Part shown: piece by piece, positions 42,890 through 50,967 of the stretch
Layout of the letters: the number at the start of each line of letters is the position of its first letter
How positions within the stretch are numbered: the first letter of the stretch is position 1
Origin: Candidatus Rokubacteria bacterium RIFCSPLOWO2_02_FULL_73_56
Lineage (GTDB): Bacteria; Methylomirabilota; Methylomirabilia; Rokubacteriales; CSP1-6
Direction of reading: 5' to 3'
Length of the DNA stretch: 64,000 bases
Assembly (NCBI GenBank): GCA_001788495.1
Contig: MGCF01000006.1
Span: 2,106-66,105, forward strand
Position numbers and translations under genes: made by a program
Notes under the pieces: generated by a model
What the model saw: only the letters and a program-made list of their open reading frames with translations
What the model was told of the DNA's origin: nothing
The model's database searches: none

Positions 42890-43768
42890 TCAGGTCTGTC
42901 GTCCCCCGAGGAGCCCCGTCGGGCGCACGAGGAGCACGACGACGAGCAGGACGTAGGCGACCACCTCGGAGAGCTGCGTCGTCAGGAAGAGCGCGGCCCC
43001 CTGCTCGACGAGCCCCAGCAGCATCCCGCCCAGGAGCGCGCCGGGATAGTTTCCGGCGCCGCCGAGGACGATCACGAGGAACGACTTGAACGTCCAGATC
43101 TGGCCCATCTCCGGCTGGATCGCGACGATCACCGCGATGAGCGCGCCGCCGGCCGCCGCGAGCGCGCTCGCGAACCCGAAGGTGAGCATGTGGACCCGCT
43201 GGACGTCGACCCCGCAGACCATCGCGACCTCCCGGCTCTGCGAGGTGGCGCGGATCGCCTTGCCGAGCCGCGTCCCGCGCAGGAACAGGAAGGCGAGGCC
43301 GGTGACGCCCGCGGCGAACACGAACGCGACCAGGCGCGGCTTCGAGACGGCGAACGGTCCGAGGGGGAACGAGCCGGTCAGGTACTCCACGGCGCGCAGG
43401 TCGGACGTGAAGGCGAGCTGCGCCAGGTTCACGAGCCCGATCGAGATCCCGAACGTGAGCAGCAGCGACGAGAGCTCCGGCGCGTCCACGACGCGGAAGA
43501 CGAGCGTCCGCTGGAGCACGACGCCGACGACGAACAGCACCGCCATGGTCACCGGGACCGACAGGTAGGGGTTCAGCCCGAACAGGCTGTGCAGGAAGAA
43601 GGTCGTGTAGGCGCCCAGCATCAGCAGGGGGCCGTGGGCGATGTTGATGACGCGCATGACCCCGAAGATCAGCGCCAGCCCGAGCGCCACCATCGAGTAC
43701 AGCGCCCCCGCCAGGATGCCGGAGATGACCACCTGGCCGACCATCGCCGGCGTGATGGCGACATTCAT
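42890..43768 (-). CDS. livH: Branched-chain amino acid ABC transporter permease (LivH type)
   Basis: Track ORF of 292 aa. GALYSMVALGLALIFGVMRVINIAHG...VVLGGAGNYPGALLGGMLLGLVE. Confidence 0.9.
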   Translation of the reverse strand: MNVAITPAMVGQVVISGILAGALYSMVALGLALIFGVMRVINIAHGPLLMLGAYTTFFLHSLFGLNPYLSVPVTMAVLFVVGVVLQRTLVFRVVDAPELSSLLLTFGISIGLVNLAQLAFTSDLRAVEYLTGSFPLGPFAVSKPRLVAFVFAAGVTGLAFLFLRGTRLGKAIRATSQSREVAMVCGVDVQRVHMLTFGFASALAAAGGALIAVIVAIQPEMGQIWTFKSFLVIVLGGAGNYPGALLGGMLLGLVEQGAALFLTTQLSEVVAYVLLVVVLLVRPTGLLGGRQT

Positions 43769-43813
43769 CGCGGGGTCCGCGAGGCCGGCACGAACCGGCG
43801 GACGCTCAAGCGC

Positions 43814-44989
43814 TCAGCGCTGGTTCCAGGGCGGCGTGGGAAACCGGAGCTTCCCGGTCGCCAGCTCGTCCGGCCAGACGATGACCTTCTTCCCGTCCTG
43901 CCACTGCGTCGTGACCATCTTGTGGGCGGTCTGGAACCCGTCCGCGTCGACCTTGAACCCGCCGAACGCCGTCTTCGTGTCGAGCTTCAGGAGCGTCTCG
44001 CGCACCTTCTCGCTGTCCAGGCTCCCGGCGCGCCTGACGGCCTCCGCCCAGACGGTGCACCCGGCGTACCCGGCCGCCGAGTGGTAGACGGGCTCGCGGC
44101 CGAACTCCTTCTTGTAGGCCCCGGCGAACTCCGTGTTGCCGGGATAGGGCAGCGCCGCCTCCCACTGGGTCGCCCCGGTGATGTACTCGGCGTTCTGCTT
44201 GAGGAGGTTGTAGAACTCCGGCAGGTCGCCGCCGACCGTGACGCCGTACATCTTGGGGTTGACGTTCAGCTCCTTCATCTGGCGCGTGATCGCGATCGCG
44301 TCGTCGAAGTAGGTCGAGGCCGCCAGCACGTCCGGGTTGGCCGCCTTGATCTTCGTGAGCATGCCGGAGAAGTCCTGGTTCCCCTTCGGGTAGCCCTCCT
44401 GGAAGACGACCTCCATGCCGCGTTTCTTGGCCAGATCGACCGCGCCGACCGCCGAGGCCTTCGCGAAGAGGGTGTCCTCGTACACGACGGCCACCGTCTT
44501 GAGCCCACGCTTGGCGGCCATGTCCACGAGGCCCTCCAGGTAGACCTCCGCCGGCGAGATGACCATGAAGATGTACTTGCGGCCCTTCTTGAAGATCGAG
44601 GTGGTCGCCGCCAGCGGCGTCACCATCACCTTCTTGTACTTCTCGGTGACGTTCGCCGAGGCCTCGGTCACCGGCGAGGAGTACGGGCCCATCAGCGCGT
44701 CCACCTTGTCCTCGGTGATGAGCTTCTCGTAGAGGCGCACCGCGGTGGCCGGCGTCGACTGGTCGTCGTAGACGACGAACTCGACCTTCCGGCCCAGCAG
44801 CCCGCCCTTGTCGTTGATCTGCTTCGCGCAGAGCTTGTAGCCTTCGTGCTGGTAGTTGCCCAGCTTGGCGTAGGTTCCGGTGAGCGACATCGAGGCGCCG
44901 ACGCGGATCGGCCCCTGCGCGCCGGCGGGGAGGCTCGCGGCCAGGACGGCGGCGGCGACGAGGACGGCACCGAGGGTCTTGATGGTCAT
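43814..44989 (-). CDS. Periplasmic branched-chain amino acid (Leu/Ile/Val-type) ABC substrate-binding protein
   Basis: Track ORF of 391 aa. Signal peptide MTIKTLGAVLVAAAVLAASLPAGAQG, then IRVGASMSLTGTYAKLGNYQHEGYKLCAKQINDKGGLLGRKVEFVVYDDQS. Confidence 0.9.
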   Translation of the reverse strand: MTIKTLGAVLVAAAVLAASLPAGAQGPIRVGASMSLTGTYAKLGNYQHEGYKLCAKQINDKGGLLGRKVEFVVYDDQSTPATAVRLYEKLITEDKVDALMGPYSSPVTEASANVTEKYKKVMVTPLAATTSIFKKGRKYIFMVISPAEVYLEGLVDMAAKRGLKTVAVVYEDTLFAKASAVGAVDLAKKRGMEVVFQEGYPKGNQDFSGMLTKIKAANPDVLAASTYFDDAIAITRQMKELNVNPKMYGVTVGGDLPEFYNLLKQNAEYITGATQWEAALPYPGNTEFAGAYKKEFGREPVYHSAAGYAGCTVWAEAVRRAGSLDSEKVRETLLKLDTKTAFGGFKVDADGFQTAHKMVTTQWQDGKKVIVWPDELATGKLRFPTPPWNQR

Positions 44990-45152
44990 GGGGGCCCTCC
45001 TGCTGAGCGGGGTTCGGGTTCGAGCCTATCACGCATAGCATCCTGCGCTTTGACGTGTCAAGGCTCACGCCGCTAGACTGCGGGCACCATGACGCCCCGG
45101 GTCGTCTGACCCGCGCCGGCACCGGGCCCCCCGCCCGGGAAAGGAGCCACGG

Positions 45153-45482
45153 ATGCTCGGCATCGCGCGATCGCTGCTGCTCTTCGTCGCGGCGGGCGCC
45201 TGCGAGATCGGCGGCGGCTACTTCGTCTGGCAGTGGTGGCGCGCCGGCGCCTCGTGGGCCGTCGGCCTGGCCGGCGCGGCCCTGCTCGTCGTCTACGGCG
45301 TCGTCCCGACCTATCAGCCCGCGCACTTCGGGCGCGCCTACGCCGCGTACGGCGGTGTGTTCGTCGTGCTCGCCGTCCTGTGGGGGTGGGCCGTGGACGG
45401 CATCGCCCCGGACCGCTTCGACGTCGCGGGCGGGGCGCTGTGCCTGCTCGGGGTCGCGGTGATCATGTACTGGCCCCGCTGA
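45153..45482 (+). CDS. ynfA: YnfA (UPF0060) family small membrane protein
   Basis: Track ORF of 109 aa. [21 protein letters not shown]...[28 protein letters not shown] lies 7 nt upstream. Confidence 0.85.
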   Translation: MLGIARSLLLFVAAGACEIGGGYFVWQWWRAGASWAVGLAGAALLVVYGVVPTYQPAHFGRAYAAYGGVFVVLAVLWGWAVDGIAPDRFDVAGGALCLLGVAVIMYWPR

Positions 45483-45508
45483 GCCGGGCGCGCGCGGCCG
45501 TCCGGGGG

Positions 45509-46006
45509 CTAGTCGCGGAACTCCTGGTCGAGGATCTCCCGGATGAACCGGTCGAGCGAGACCGGGTAGAAGCGCGCGTCGGGCGAGGCGATGACGCCGG
45601 TGTTGATGACCTCGCGCTGCTGGAGCTCCTCGAGCACGCGCTCGAGGTGGCCGTGGGCGTCGCGCTCCTGGCGTCGGATCCGCAGGTCCTCGCTCTCGAG
45701 CGCCACGCGCGGCGCGTAGCGGAAGCTGAAGACGCGGGCGACGAGCCGGCGGTCCATCAGCTCGGTCTCGCCGAACACCTCGCCGTAGGTCGGGCCGTCG
45801 CCGCCCGCCGCGAGCACGAGCCGCGGCGAGACCTTGATGCGCCCGCGCACCTCCACCGAGCGCCCGGGATGGTCCGGCTCGGCGCCGACGAGGATGTAGG
45901 GCAGCACGTGGTAGCCCGTGATGATCCCGTGCAGGGGCTTCCGCACCACCTGCGTCTGGTCGAAGACGTGGCGCAGGAACTCGGGATCTTGCCAGCGCTC
46001 GCTCAC
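45509..46006 (-). CDS. Hypothetical protein
   Basis: C-terminal 165 codons of track ORF 45509..46213, from GTG 46006. Sequence: (V)SERWQDPEFLRHVFDQTQVVRKPLHGIITGYHVLPYILVGAEPDHPGRSVEVRGRIKV.... I recognised no family. Confidence 0.5.
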   Translation of the reverse strand: MSERWQDPEFLRHVFDQTQVVRKPLHGIITGYHVLPYILVGAEPDHPGRSVEVRGRIKVSPRLVLAAGGDGPTYGEVFGETELMDRRLVARVFSFRYAPRVALESEDLRIRRQERDAHGHLERVLEELQQREVINTGVIASPDARFYPVSLDRFIREILDQEFRD

Positions 46007-46027
46007 GCGAGGTAGTGTACCAGCCGG

Positions 46028-46183
46028 ATGGACCAGCGCCCGCGCCCGTCGCCGAGCCCCGCCCGCCCGGGAGTCACGGAGTGGGTGCACACCTGCGAGC
46101 GCTGCGGTGCGCGGATGGAAGAGCGCCAGTGCAAGATCGTCTGCACGACCTGCGGCGCCTTTCGAGACTGCAGCGACCCCTGA
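46028..46183 (+). CDS. Possible 51-aa Cys-rich (zinc-ribbon-like) micro-protein, too short for the ORF track
   Basis: My own translation gives MDQRPRPSPSPARPGVTEWVHTCERCGARMEERQCKIVCTTCGAFRDCSDP, with a CxxC...CxxxCxxC pattern. It lies divergent from the 45509-46006 gene. Coordinates were counted by eye. Confidence 0.35.
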   Translation: MDQRPRPSPSPARPGVTEWVHTCERCGARMEERQCKIVCTTCGAFRDCSDP

Positions 46184-46205
46184 GCGCGCCGCCCCCGCGC
46201 CCCGC

Positions 46206-46278
46206 CTAGCCAACGCCCAGCCCGCATGATTCGCGAACGGCGCTGGCGCGATGACCGTTCGAAACTCATCCGGGCTAG
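46206..46278. repeat. Short CTAG-bounded palindromic intergenic element, related to the element at 59171-59389
   Basis: The arms are atgattcgcgaacgg (~46226-46240) and ccgttcgaaactcat (~46255-46269). The 19-mer attcgcgaacggcgctggc (~46229-46247) recurs exactly, reverse-complemented, at ~59359-59377. The right-hand CTAG supplies the TAG stop of the RidA gene. Confidence 0.55.
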
Positions 46279-46667
46279 AGCACCGCGATCGCCTCGACCT
46301 CGATCAGCCAGCCCGGCTGCGCGAGCGCCGTGACGCCGACGAGCGTGGAGGCAGGGAGCCGCGCGCCGAAGATCTCCGCGCGGATCGGCCCGAGGTCCGC
46401 GCGGTGCCGGAGGTCGGTCAGGTACGTGGTGAGCTTCACGATGCTCGCCGTCGTCCCGCCCGCCGCCTCGACCTGCGCGACGAGCGCGCGGAACGCCTCC
46501 CGCGCCTGCGCCGTGAAGTCGCCCGGGTGGGCGACGGCGCCGCTCGCGTCGTAGGCGACCTGGCCCGAGACGAACACGACCGCCTGGGCCCCGGTCACCT
46601 TGAGGGCCTGGCTGTACGTCGGGGGATCGAACACGCCTTTCGCCGCCACCTTCTCGATCTGGACCAT
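46275..46667 (-). CDS. RidA/YjgF-family reactive intermediate deaminase
   Basis: Track ORF of 130 aa. PPTYSQALKVTGAQAVVFVSGQVAYDASG...IVKLTTYLTD...PASTLVGVTALAQPGWLIEVEAIAV. Confidence 0.9.
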   Translation of the reverse strand: MVQIEKVAAKGVFDPPTYSQALKVTGAQAVVFVSGQVAYDASGAVAHPGDFTAQAREAFRALVAQVEAAGGTTASIVKLTTYLTDLRHRADLGPIRAEIFGARLPASTLVGVTALAQPGWLIEVEAIAVL

Positions 46668-46737
46668 CGCGTCTCCCTCCGCGCCGCCGGGCTACACTCC
46701 CCGCATGCCGGCGGCGTCGGGCGAGTATAGCCGAGAA

Positions 46738-47604
46738 CTATTTCGCCCGCGGGTGCAGCGCGGACGCGTGGACGAGCCAGCGGCCCGGCCAGCCCGGGAC
46801 GGCGCACCCGGCGCGGAGCGCCCCCGCCCGGACGAGCCGCGCGGTGGCCGGCGCGACGTCGTCCGGCCGGAGGCCGAACAGGCGGCCGAGTGCCGGCGCG
46901 CTCGCGTACACCGCGCCGCGCAGATACCGCTCGGTCAGCTGCTCCACGGCGGCCCTGCGCGCCAGGCGCCGGCCCTCGGCCACCGCGTCCGGCAGCCAGG
47001 CCTCGAGCAGGTCCCAGCGGTAGGAGAAGCTCGGCTCGTACCGCTCCTCCGTCTTGACGATCCACAGGCCCTGCTGGAGCTCGGCCATCGCGCGCTCGAA
47101 CTCGCGCGTGCGCCGGGGCTCGAGCATGAAGCAGTTGGCGCGCAGCCCGCGCGTGTACTGCGGATGCTCGCGCACCAGGGCTTTGAGGACGTGGTGAGCG
47201 GTGTGCGACATCCGGCCGGCCGCGTACTCGGCCTCGAAGTCCCGCGCCCGCTGGCGGCCCCGCACGAGCGCGTAGAACGCCGGGAACAGGTCCAGCGCGA
47301 CCAGCACCGGCCGACCCTTGAGGAGCTTGCCGTAGTAGACGCGCTTCGTCGCCGGCAGCGTGTCCTTGAGCTCCCACGTGCGGCCGATCCCCGCGTCGTG
47401 GTGGGAGCGCCGCGGCCAGCGCGGCTCGGCCCGGCCGACCACCGCCTCCCACAGGCAGGCGACGCCCTCCGGGAAGCGGTAGAAGGTCGAGCAGAGCCCG
47501 ACGGCCTCCACGAACGCGAGCGCGGCGCGCTCGCTCCGCACGGCGAGCGAGGGCAGCCGGCGGAAGCGCCGGTCGCGCAGGCGCTCGAGCGACGCGCCGG
47601 TCAC
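46738..47604 (-). CDS. Winged-helix DNA-binding domain protein (AlkZ/YcaQ-like)
   Basis: C-terminal 288 codons of track ORF 46738..47865, from GTG 47604. ALAFVEAVGLCSTFYRFPEGVACLWEAV...VYYGKLLKGRPVLVALDLFPAFYAL...ELQQGLWIVKTEERYEPSFSYRWDLLEAWLP. Confidence 0.55.
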   Translation of the reverse strand: MTGASLERLRDRRFRRLPSLAVRSERAALAFVEAVGLCSTFYRFPEGVACLWEAVVGRAEPRWPRRSHHDAGIGRTWELKDTLPATKRVYYGKLLKGRPVLVALDLFPAFYALVRGRQRARDFEAEYAAGRMSHTAHHVLKALVREHPQYTRGLRANCFMLEPRRTREFERAMAELQQGLWIVKTEERYEPSFSYRWDLLEAWLPDAVAEGRRLARRAAVEQLTERYLRGAVYASAPALGRLFGLRPDDVAPATARLVRAGALRAGCAVPGWPGRWLVHASALHPRAK

Positions 47605-47624
47605 GTGAGCTCGACCAGTACGCG

Positions 47625-48074
47625 CTACTCGAGCGTGAACGCGGGCGGGCTGCCCGACTGCCGCTTCGCGCAGAAGCGCGGGCCGTCGAGCGGGCGCGCG
47701 CCGCCCCGCAGGTCCGCCGCGACGTGGAAGCAGGGCGTGCCGGCGGCGACGCGGAAGCCCGGGGCGCCGGGGATCGGGATCACGTTGAGCCCGGGCCGCA
47801 GCGTCCACACGAGCTCGACGCTCGCGGGCCGCGCGCCCTCGCGGACCCGGAGGCGCACGGCGCACTCCCCGCTGCCGGCCACCTCGAGCTTCGCCACCCA
47901 GCGCTGCACCGCTTCGCCCTGCGGCAGCGGGCTCGGCGTCATGCCGAGGTCGCTGACCCGCACCGTCTTGATGCTCGCGCAGCGCACGGGCTCGGCGGCG
48001 CCGGCGCCCGCGGGCGCGCCGAGCGCCAGCAGGCCCAGCGCGACGAGTCCGAGCGCCCGGCCGCTCCGTCCCAT
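47625..48074 (-). CDS. Secreted hypothetical protein
   Basis: In track ORF 47625..48134, starting at MGRSGRALGLVALGLLALGAPAGAGAA (signal peptide). I recognised no family. Confidence 0.5.
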   Translation of the reverse strand: MGRSGRALGLVALGLLALGAPAGAGAAEPVRCASIKTVRVSDLGMTPSPLPQGEAVQRWVAKLEVAGSGECAVRLRVREGARPASVELVWTLRPGLNVIPIPGAPGFRVAAGTPCFHVAADLRGGARPLDGPRFCAKRQSGSPPAFTLE

Positions 48075-48137
48075 GATCCCCTCATAGTGGAGGACGCGCG
48101 GGAGGTCAATGCCCTTCACGGCGCGCGCCGGCAACCG

Positions 48138-48542
48138 TCAGCGGCGCCGGTCGGAGATCCGGACCGCGAGCGCGCGGAGCCGGTCGAGCGTCGCGGGACT
48201 CAGCAGCGCCGTGAAGGCCTCCGGGTCGGCCTTCGCCCGCTCGAGCGCCTCGCCCAGCCGGCGCGCGTCGCCGCCCGTGCCGCGCGTGAGGTCCGCGAAG
48301 ACCTCCGCGGCGAGCTCGTAGAACGCCTGGGCGAGCTCCGGCGAGCCCGCGAGGGTCTGGACCTCGCGGTCGATCGCGGCGGCCCGAGGGTCGCCGGCGA
48401 CCGCCGGGCCGCGCTGCGCCGGGTCCTGGAGCAGCCGGAGGACGGCGGCGAGCGCCTCCTCCGAGGCCGGGTCGAGGGCCTGCGCGGCCGCCGGGGCCGC
48501 GGCGCAGGCGAGGAGCAGCACGGCGAGCGTCGCGCGGCGCAT
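48138..48542 (-). CDS. Secreted hypothetical helical protein
   Basis: Codon 69 onward of track ORF 48138..48746. MRRATLAVLLLACAAAPAAAQA (signal peptide), then LDPASEEALAAVLRLLQDPAQRG.... Confidence 0.5.
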   Translation of the reverse strand: MRRATLAVLLLACAAAPAAAQALDPASEEALAAVLRLLQDPAQRGPAVAGDPRAAAIDREVQTLAGSPELAQAFYELAAEVFADLTRGTGGDARRLGEALERAKADPEAFTALLSPATLDRLRALAVRISDRRR

Positions 48543-48585
48543 GCTTCCATTGACCACGTTTCGGCGAGCCTGTAAAGTGCGCCCC

Positions 48586-48786
48586 ATGAAGAAGACCGCG
48601 AAGAAGGCCGTGAAGAAGCAGACGGTGTCGAAGCCCAGGACGAAGACCACCGCGCGGAAGACCGCGGCGAAGAAGCCGGCGGCCCAGGCGCCGCGGCGGG
48701 CCAGGGCCGCGAAGCCCGCCGCGCCGTACACGCCGCCGCCGCTCACGACGTCGGGCTGGGCACCGTTCCGGTACCCGCCGCAGTAA
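48586..48786 (+). CDS. Small Lys/Ala/Pro-rich basic protein (histone-H1-like composition)
   Basis: Internal ATG of track ORF 48541..48786: MKKTAKKAVKKQTVSKPRTKTTARKTAAKKPAAQAPRRARAAKPAAPYTPPPLTTSGWAPFRYPPQ. Confidence 0.45.
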   Translation: MKKTAKKAVKKQTVSKPRTKTTARKTAAKKPAAQAPRRARAAKPAAPYTPPPLTTSGWAPFRYPPQ

Positions 48787-48844
48787 GCTGAACAAGCTCC
48801 TCCCGCACACCCTGCCCGGCGGCCTGCTGCTCCTCGGAGCCGCC

Positions 48845-49996
48845 GTGTCCCTGCAGGTGGACGCGCTCCGCGGCGCGCTCGAGCCGCTCGTCCCCGTCTA
48901 TCCGTGGATCGTCTTCGGCGCGGGCGTCCTGCTCGGCTGGCGCTTCCACCGGCTGCAGCCCATCCTGGCGCTCGTGCTGCTCCTCGCCGCGGAGCGCACG
49001 CTCGCGACCTTCGCCGACGCCGGGGCGGCTCCGGCCGACCGCGCGGTGACGGCGGCGGTCGCGCTCCTGCTGCCGCTCGACCTCGCGGTCCTGGCCTGGC
49101 ACTCCGAGCGCTCGCTGCGCGCGGGCGCCGGCCGCTTGACCCTCGCCCTGCTGCTGATCCAGCCGCTCGCGGTCGTGCTCGTGCGACAGCCCGAGCTGGA
49201 GAGCCTGGCGCGCGCGCTCGACGCCGGGCGCGCCGGGGGGCCCGGCCTCCGGGGCGCGGCGCTCACGCAGCCCGAGCTCCTCGCCTTCGGTGCCGCGCTG
49301 GCGCTCGCCAGCGCGCGCTTCGCGCTCCGGCAGACCCTCATCCAGTCGGGCTTCCTCTGGGCGCTGCTGGCGGCGTTCCTCGCGGTCGGGGCCGGCACGG
49401 GGCTCGCGGCCACGGTCTACCTCACGACGGGCGGGCTCGTGCTCGTCCTGGCGCTCGTGGAGACGTCGCACCACATGGCGTACGACGACGAGCTCACCGG
49501 GCTGCCGGGCCGGCGCGCCTTCGAGGACGCGCTCCTGCGGCTCGGCGGCCAGTTCGCGATCGCGATGCTGGACATCGACCACTTCAAGCGGTTCAACGAC
49601 GAGCACGGCCACGACGCGGGCGACCAGCTCCTGCGGATGGTGGGCGCCACGCTCACGCGCACGGAGGGCGGCGGGCGCGCGTTCCGCTACGGGGGCGAGG
49701 AGTTCGCGATCCTCTTCCCGGGCCGCTCGGCGGTGGACGCGCTGCCGCACCTCGAGGCCCTGCGGCGCGCGATCGAGGCCACGGGCTTCACGCTGCGCGG
49801 CCGCGACCGCCCCACGCAGAAGCCCAAGCGGCCCGTCGCGGCCGGGCCGCGCCGGAAGCTCTCCGTGACGGTCAGCATCGGCGTCGCCGAGTCCGACGGG
49901 GGCGAGGCCGACCCGCGCGAGGTCGTCAAGGCCGCGGACCGGGCGCTCTACCGGGCCAAGGGCGCCGGACGCAACCGCGTCGTGTGCGCCGGCTAG
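48845..49996 (+). CDS. Membrane-anchored diguanylate cyclase (GGDEF domain, GGEEF active site)
   Basis: Track ORF of 383 aa. There are about 6 N-terminal TM segments, then DELTGLPGRRAFEDAL...AIAMLDIDHFKRFNDEHGHDAGDQLL...AFRYGGEEFAILFPG...ALYRAKGAGRNRV. Confidence 0.9.
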   Translation: MSLQVDALRGALEPLVPVYPWIVFGAGVLLGWRFHRLQPILALVLLLAAERTLATFADAGAAPADRAVTAAVALLLPLDLAVLAWHSERSLRAGAGRLTLALLLIQPLAVVLVRQPELESLARALDAGRAGGPGLRGAALTQPELLAFGAALALASARFALRQTLIQSGFLWALLAAFLAVGAGTGLAATVYLTTGGLVLVLALVETSHHMAYDDELTGLPGRRAFEDALLRLGGQFAIAMLDIDHFKRFNDEHGHDAGDQLLRMVGATLTRTEGGGRAFRYGGEEFAILFPGRSAVDALPHLEALRRAIEATGFTLRGRDRPTQKPKRPVAAGPRRKLSVTVSIGVAESDGGEADPREVVKAADRALYRAKGAGRNRVVCAG

Positions 49997-50853
49997 GCGT
50001 CGCCCGCCCCGGCGAAGGCGAGGATCGCGTCGACCACGGCCTGCGGCTGCTCCTCCGGGATGAAGTGGCCGGAGTCGGGCACCGCGTGGCCCGTGACGGG
50101 CCCGGCGCAGCGCGCGCGCCAGACGCCGAGCATGTCCGCGGCCTGCGGCACGCGCCCGGCGCCGCCCCAGAGGACGAGCGTCGGCACGCCGATCTTGCGG
50201 TCGCGGTCGGCGCCGTCGTGCTCGAAGTCCAGACTCGCCGCGGCCCGGTAGTCCTCGAACCCGGCGCGCATCGCGCCCGGCTGGCGGAAGCAGCGCAGGT
50301 ACTCCTGGATCGCCTCCTCCTCGATCGCGGCCGGGTTCCACGCCCAGCTCCGGTACAGGAAGCGCAGGTAGACGTCCTCGCGCCCGGCGGTGAGCGCCTC
50401 GGGCAGGTCCGGCACCTGGTGGAAGAACCAGTGCCAGCGCGCGCGCGCGCTCACGCGGTCGGTGCGCTCGAACACGTCGTACGTGGGCGCGATGTCGAGG
50501 AGGACGAGGCGCGTGAGGAGCGCCGGGTGGTCGAGCGCCAGGCGGTGGGCGACGCGCGCGCCGCGGTCGTGGCCGACCAGCGTCACCGGGGCGAGTCCGA
50601 GGGCGGCGATCACGTCGGCGACGTCGGCGGCCATCGTGCGCTTGTCGTAGCCGGCGGCCGGCCGGTCCGAGTCGCCGTAGCCGCGGAGGTCGGGGGCGAC
50701 GACCGTGAACTGCTCGGCGAGCACCGGCATCACCTTGCGCCACATGTGGCCGGTCTGGGGGTAGCCGTGCAGGAGCACGAGCCCCGGCCCCCGGCCGAGC
50801 CGGCGGTAGTGGAGGCGGATCCCGTCGCGCGTGCCGACGACGCCCCGGGTCAT
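49993..50853 (-). CDS. Alpha/beta hydrolase (haloacetate dehalogenase / epoxide hydrolase-like)
   Basis: Track ORF of 286 aa. LVLLHGYPQTGHMWRKVMPVLAEQFTVVAPDLRGYGDSDRP...LVGHDRGARVAHRLALDHP. Confidence 0.85.
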   Translation of the reverse strand: MTRGVVGTRDGIRLHYRRLGRGPGLVLLHGYPQTGHMWRKVMPVLAEQFTVVAPDLRGYGDSDRPAAGYDKRTMAADVADVIAALGLAPVTLVGHDRGARVAHRLALDHPALLTRLVLLDIAPTYDVFERTDRVSARARWHWFFHQVPDLPEALTAGREDVYLRFLYRSWAWNPAAIEEEAIQEYLRCFRQPGAMRAGFEDYRAAASLDFEHDGADRDRKIGVPTLVLWGGAGRVPQAADMLGVWRARCAGPVTGHAVPDSGHFIPEEQPQAVVDAILAFAGAGDA

Positions 50854-50967
50854 GCGCCCGATTAGACTCCGGAGGGGCGCCGGCGCGCAACGCCCGGCGA
50901 TTCGAGGGCCTCGGGCGCCGCGCCTGTGCTCCCGTTCGCCACGCCCGCTGAGCCCGGCGGCGCGGGG

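Noticed and set aside
48138-48786. Antisense overlap of ORFs 48138..48746 (-) and 48541..48786 (+), suggesting only one of them can be real.
   Set aside because: With internal starts (48542 for the signal-peptide protein, 48586 for the Lys-rich protein) the two do not overlap and are simply divergent. Both are kept at modest confidence.
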